A DNA stretch of 35,974 bases, from positions 1 to 35,974 of the IMG/VR virus record IMGVR_UViG_3300047561_000092. The stretch is one strand, 5' to 3'. The DNA is from a virus. Lineage: Duplodnaviria > Caudoviricetes. A model generated the notes under the pieces. It saw only the letters and a program-made list of their open reading frames with translations, searched no databases and had not been told where the DNA came from. This document shows, one piece after another, positions 35,623 to 35,974 of this stretch (the stretch's first letter is position 1; every line of letters starts with the position of its first letter). A program made the position numbers and the translations under genes.

Positions 35623-35974
35623 ATGGCAACGTATCAAACCTATACAGCTATCGGTCAAAGAGAAGACCTTTCAGATGTGATTTACAACATTTCTCCAACA
35701 GAAACACCATTCTTAAATTCAGTAGGCAAATCAAAAGCTACTGCTGTTTATCATGAATGGCAAACTGACTCATTAGCTGCGGTAAACGTATCTAACTATG
35801 CAGTTGAAGGTGCAACAGCATCTGATGCTACAATTGGTGTAACAACACGAGTTGGTAATCGTACACAAATCTCACAAAAGACTATCAAAATTTCTGGTAC
35901 TCTTGATGCAGTAAACAAAGCTGGTCGTAAATCTGAAAAGGCTTACCAATTAGCTAAAGCATCTAGTGAAATTA
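35623..35974 (+). CDS. Major capsid protein, N-terminal part (continues at the window start)
   Basis: RBS aagga; MATYQTYTAIGQREDLSDVIYNISPTETPF...HEWQTDSL; open to the end and in frame with 1..651. Confidence 0.92.
   Translation, partial: MATYQTYTAIGQREDLSDVIYNISPTETPFLNSVGKSKATAVYHEWQTDSLAAVNVSNYAVEGATASDATIGVTTRVGNRTQISQKTIKISGTLDAVNKAGRKSEKAYQLAKASSEI
35917..35974. repeat. 58-bp direct repeat identical to 1..58
   Basis: Exact match. Confidence 0.97.

Noticed and set aside
1-35974. Stop-codon reassignment
   Set aside because: Core genes are intact and densely tiled under the standard code, with TAA, TAG and TGA all used as stops

Overview
This window is an apparently complete, circularly assembled genome (about 35,916 bp once the 58-bp end overlap is removed) of an AT-rich short-tailed (podovirus-like) dsDNA phage. 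The late arm runs on the + strand, wrapping through the window ends: terS, terL, portal, scaffold, major capsid (split by the window ends), adaptor, a modular multi-fibre cassette, nozzle, two GNAT-like proteins, ejection proteins, a lysis region and an RNase H-like exonuclease. A divergent early region has leftward recombination and accessory genes (Sak-like annealase, YqaJ exonuclease, SSB, SleB-like hydrolase, glycosyltransferase, FkbM methyltransferase) and rightward replication and Nin-like genes (initiator, DnaB-like helicase, NinB, C5-methyltransferase-like, resolvase, Q-like antiterminator). I found no integrase, repressor, tRNA or CRISPR array. The standout, missed by the ORF track, is an intact 23-aa pqqA (PQQ precursor peptide, MWTKPTATEMRFGFEVTMYVMNK) at 23140..23211. 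It sits antisense inside the early operon with its own RBS and -10 box, and points to a Methylophilaceae host and phage support of methanol oxidation. Other leads are a G11 tract inside the methyltransferase-like gene, a shared C-terminal GLL motif on putative ejected proteins, swappable fibre modules, and apparent GATC avoidance. All family assignments come from motif recognition by eye, not from database searches.
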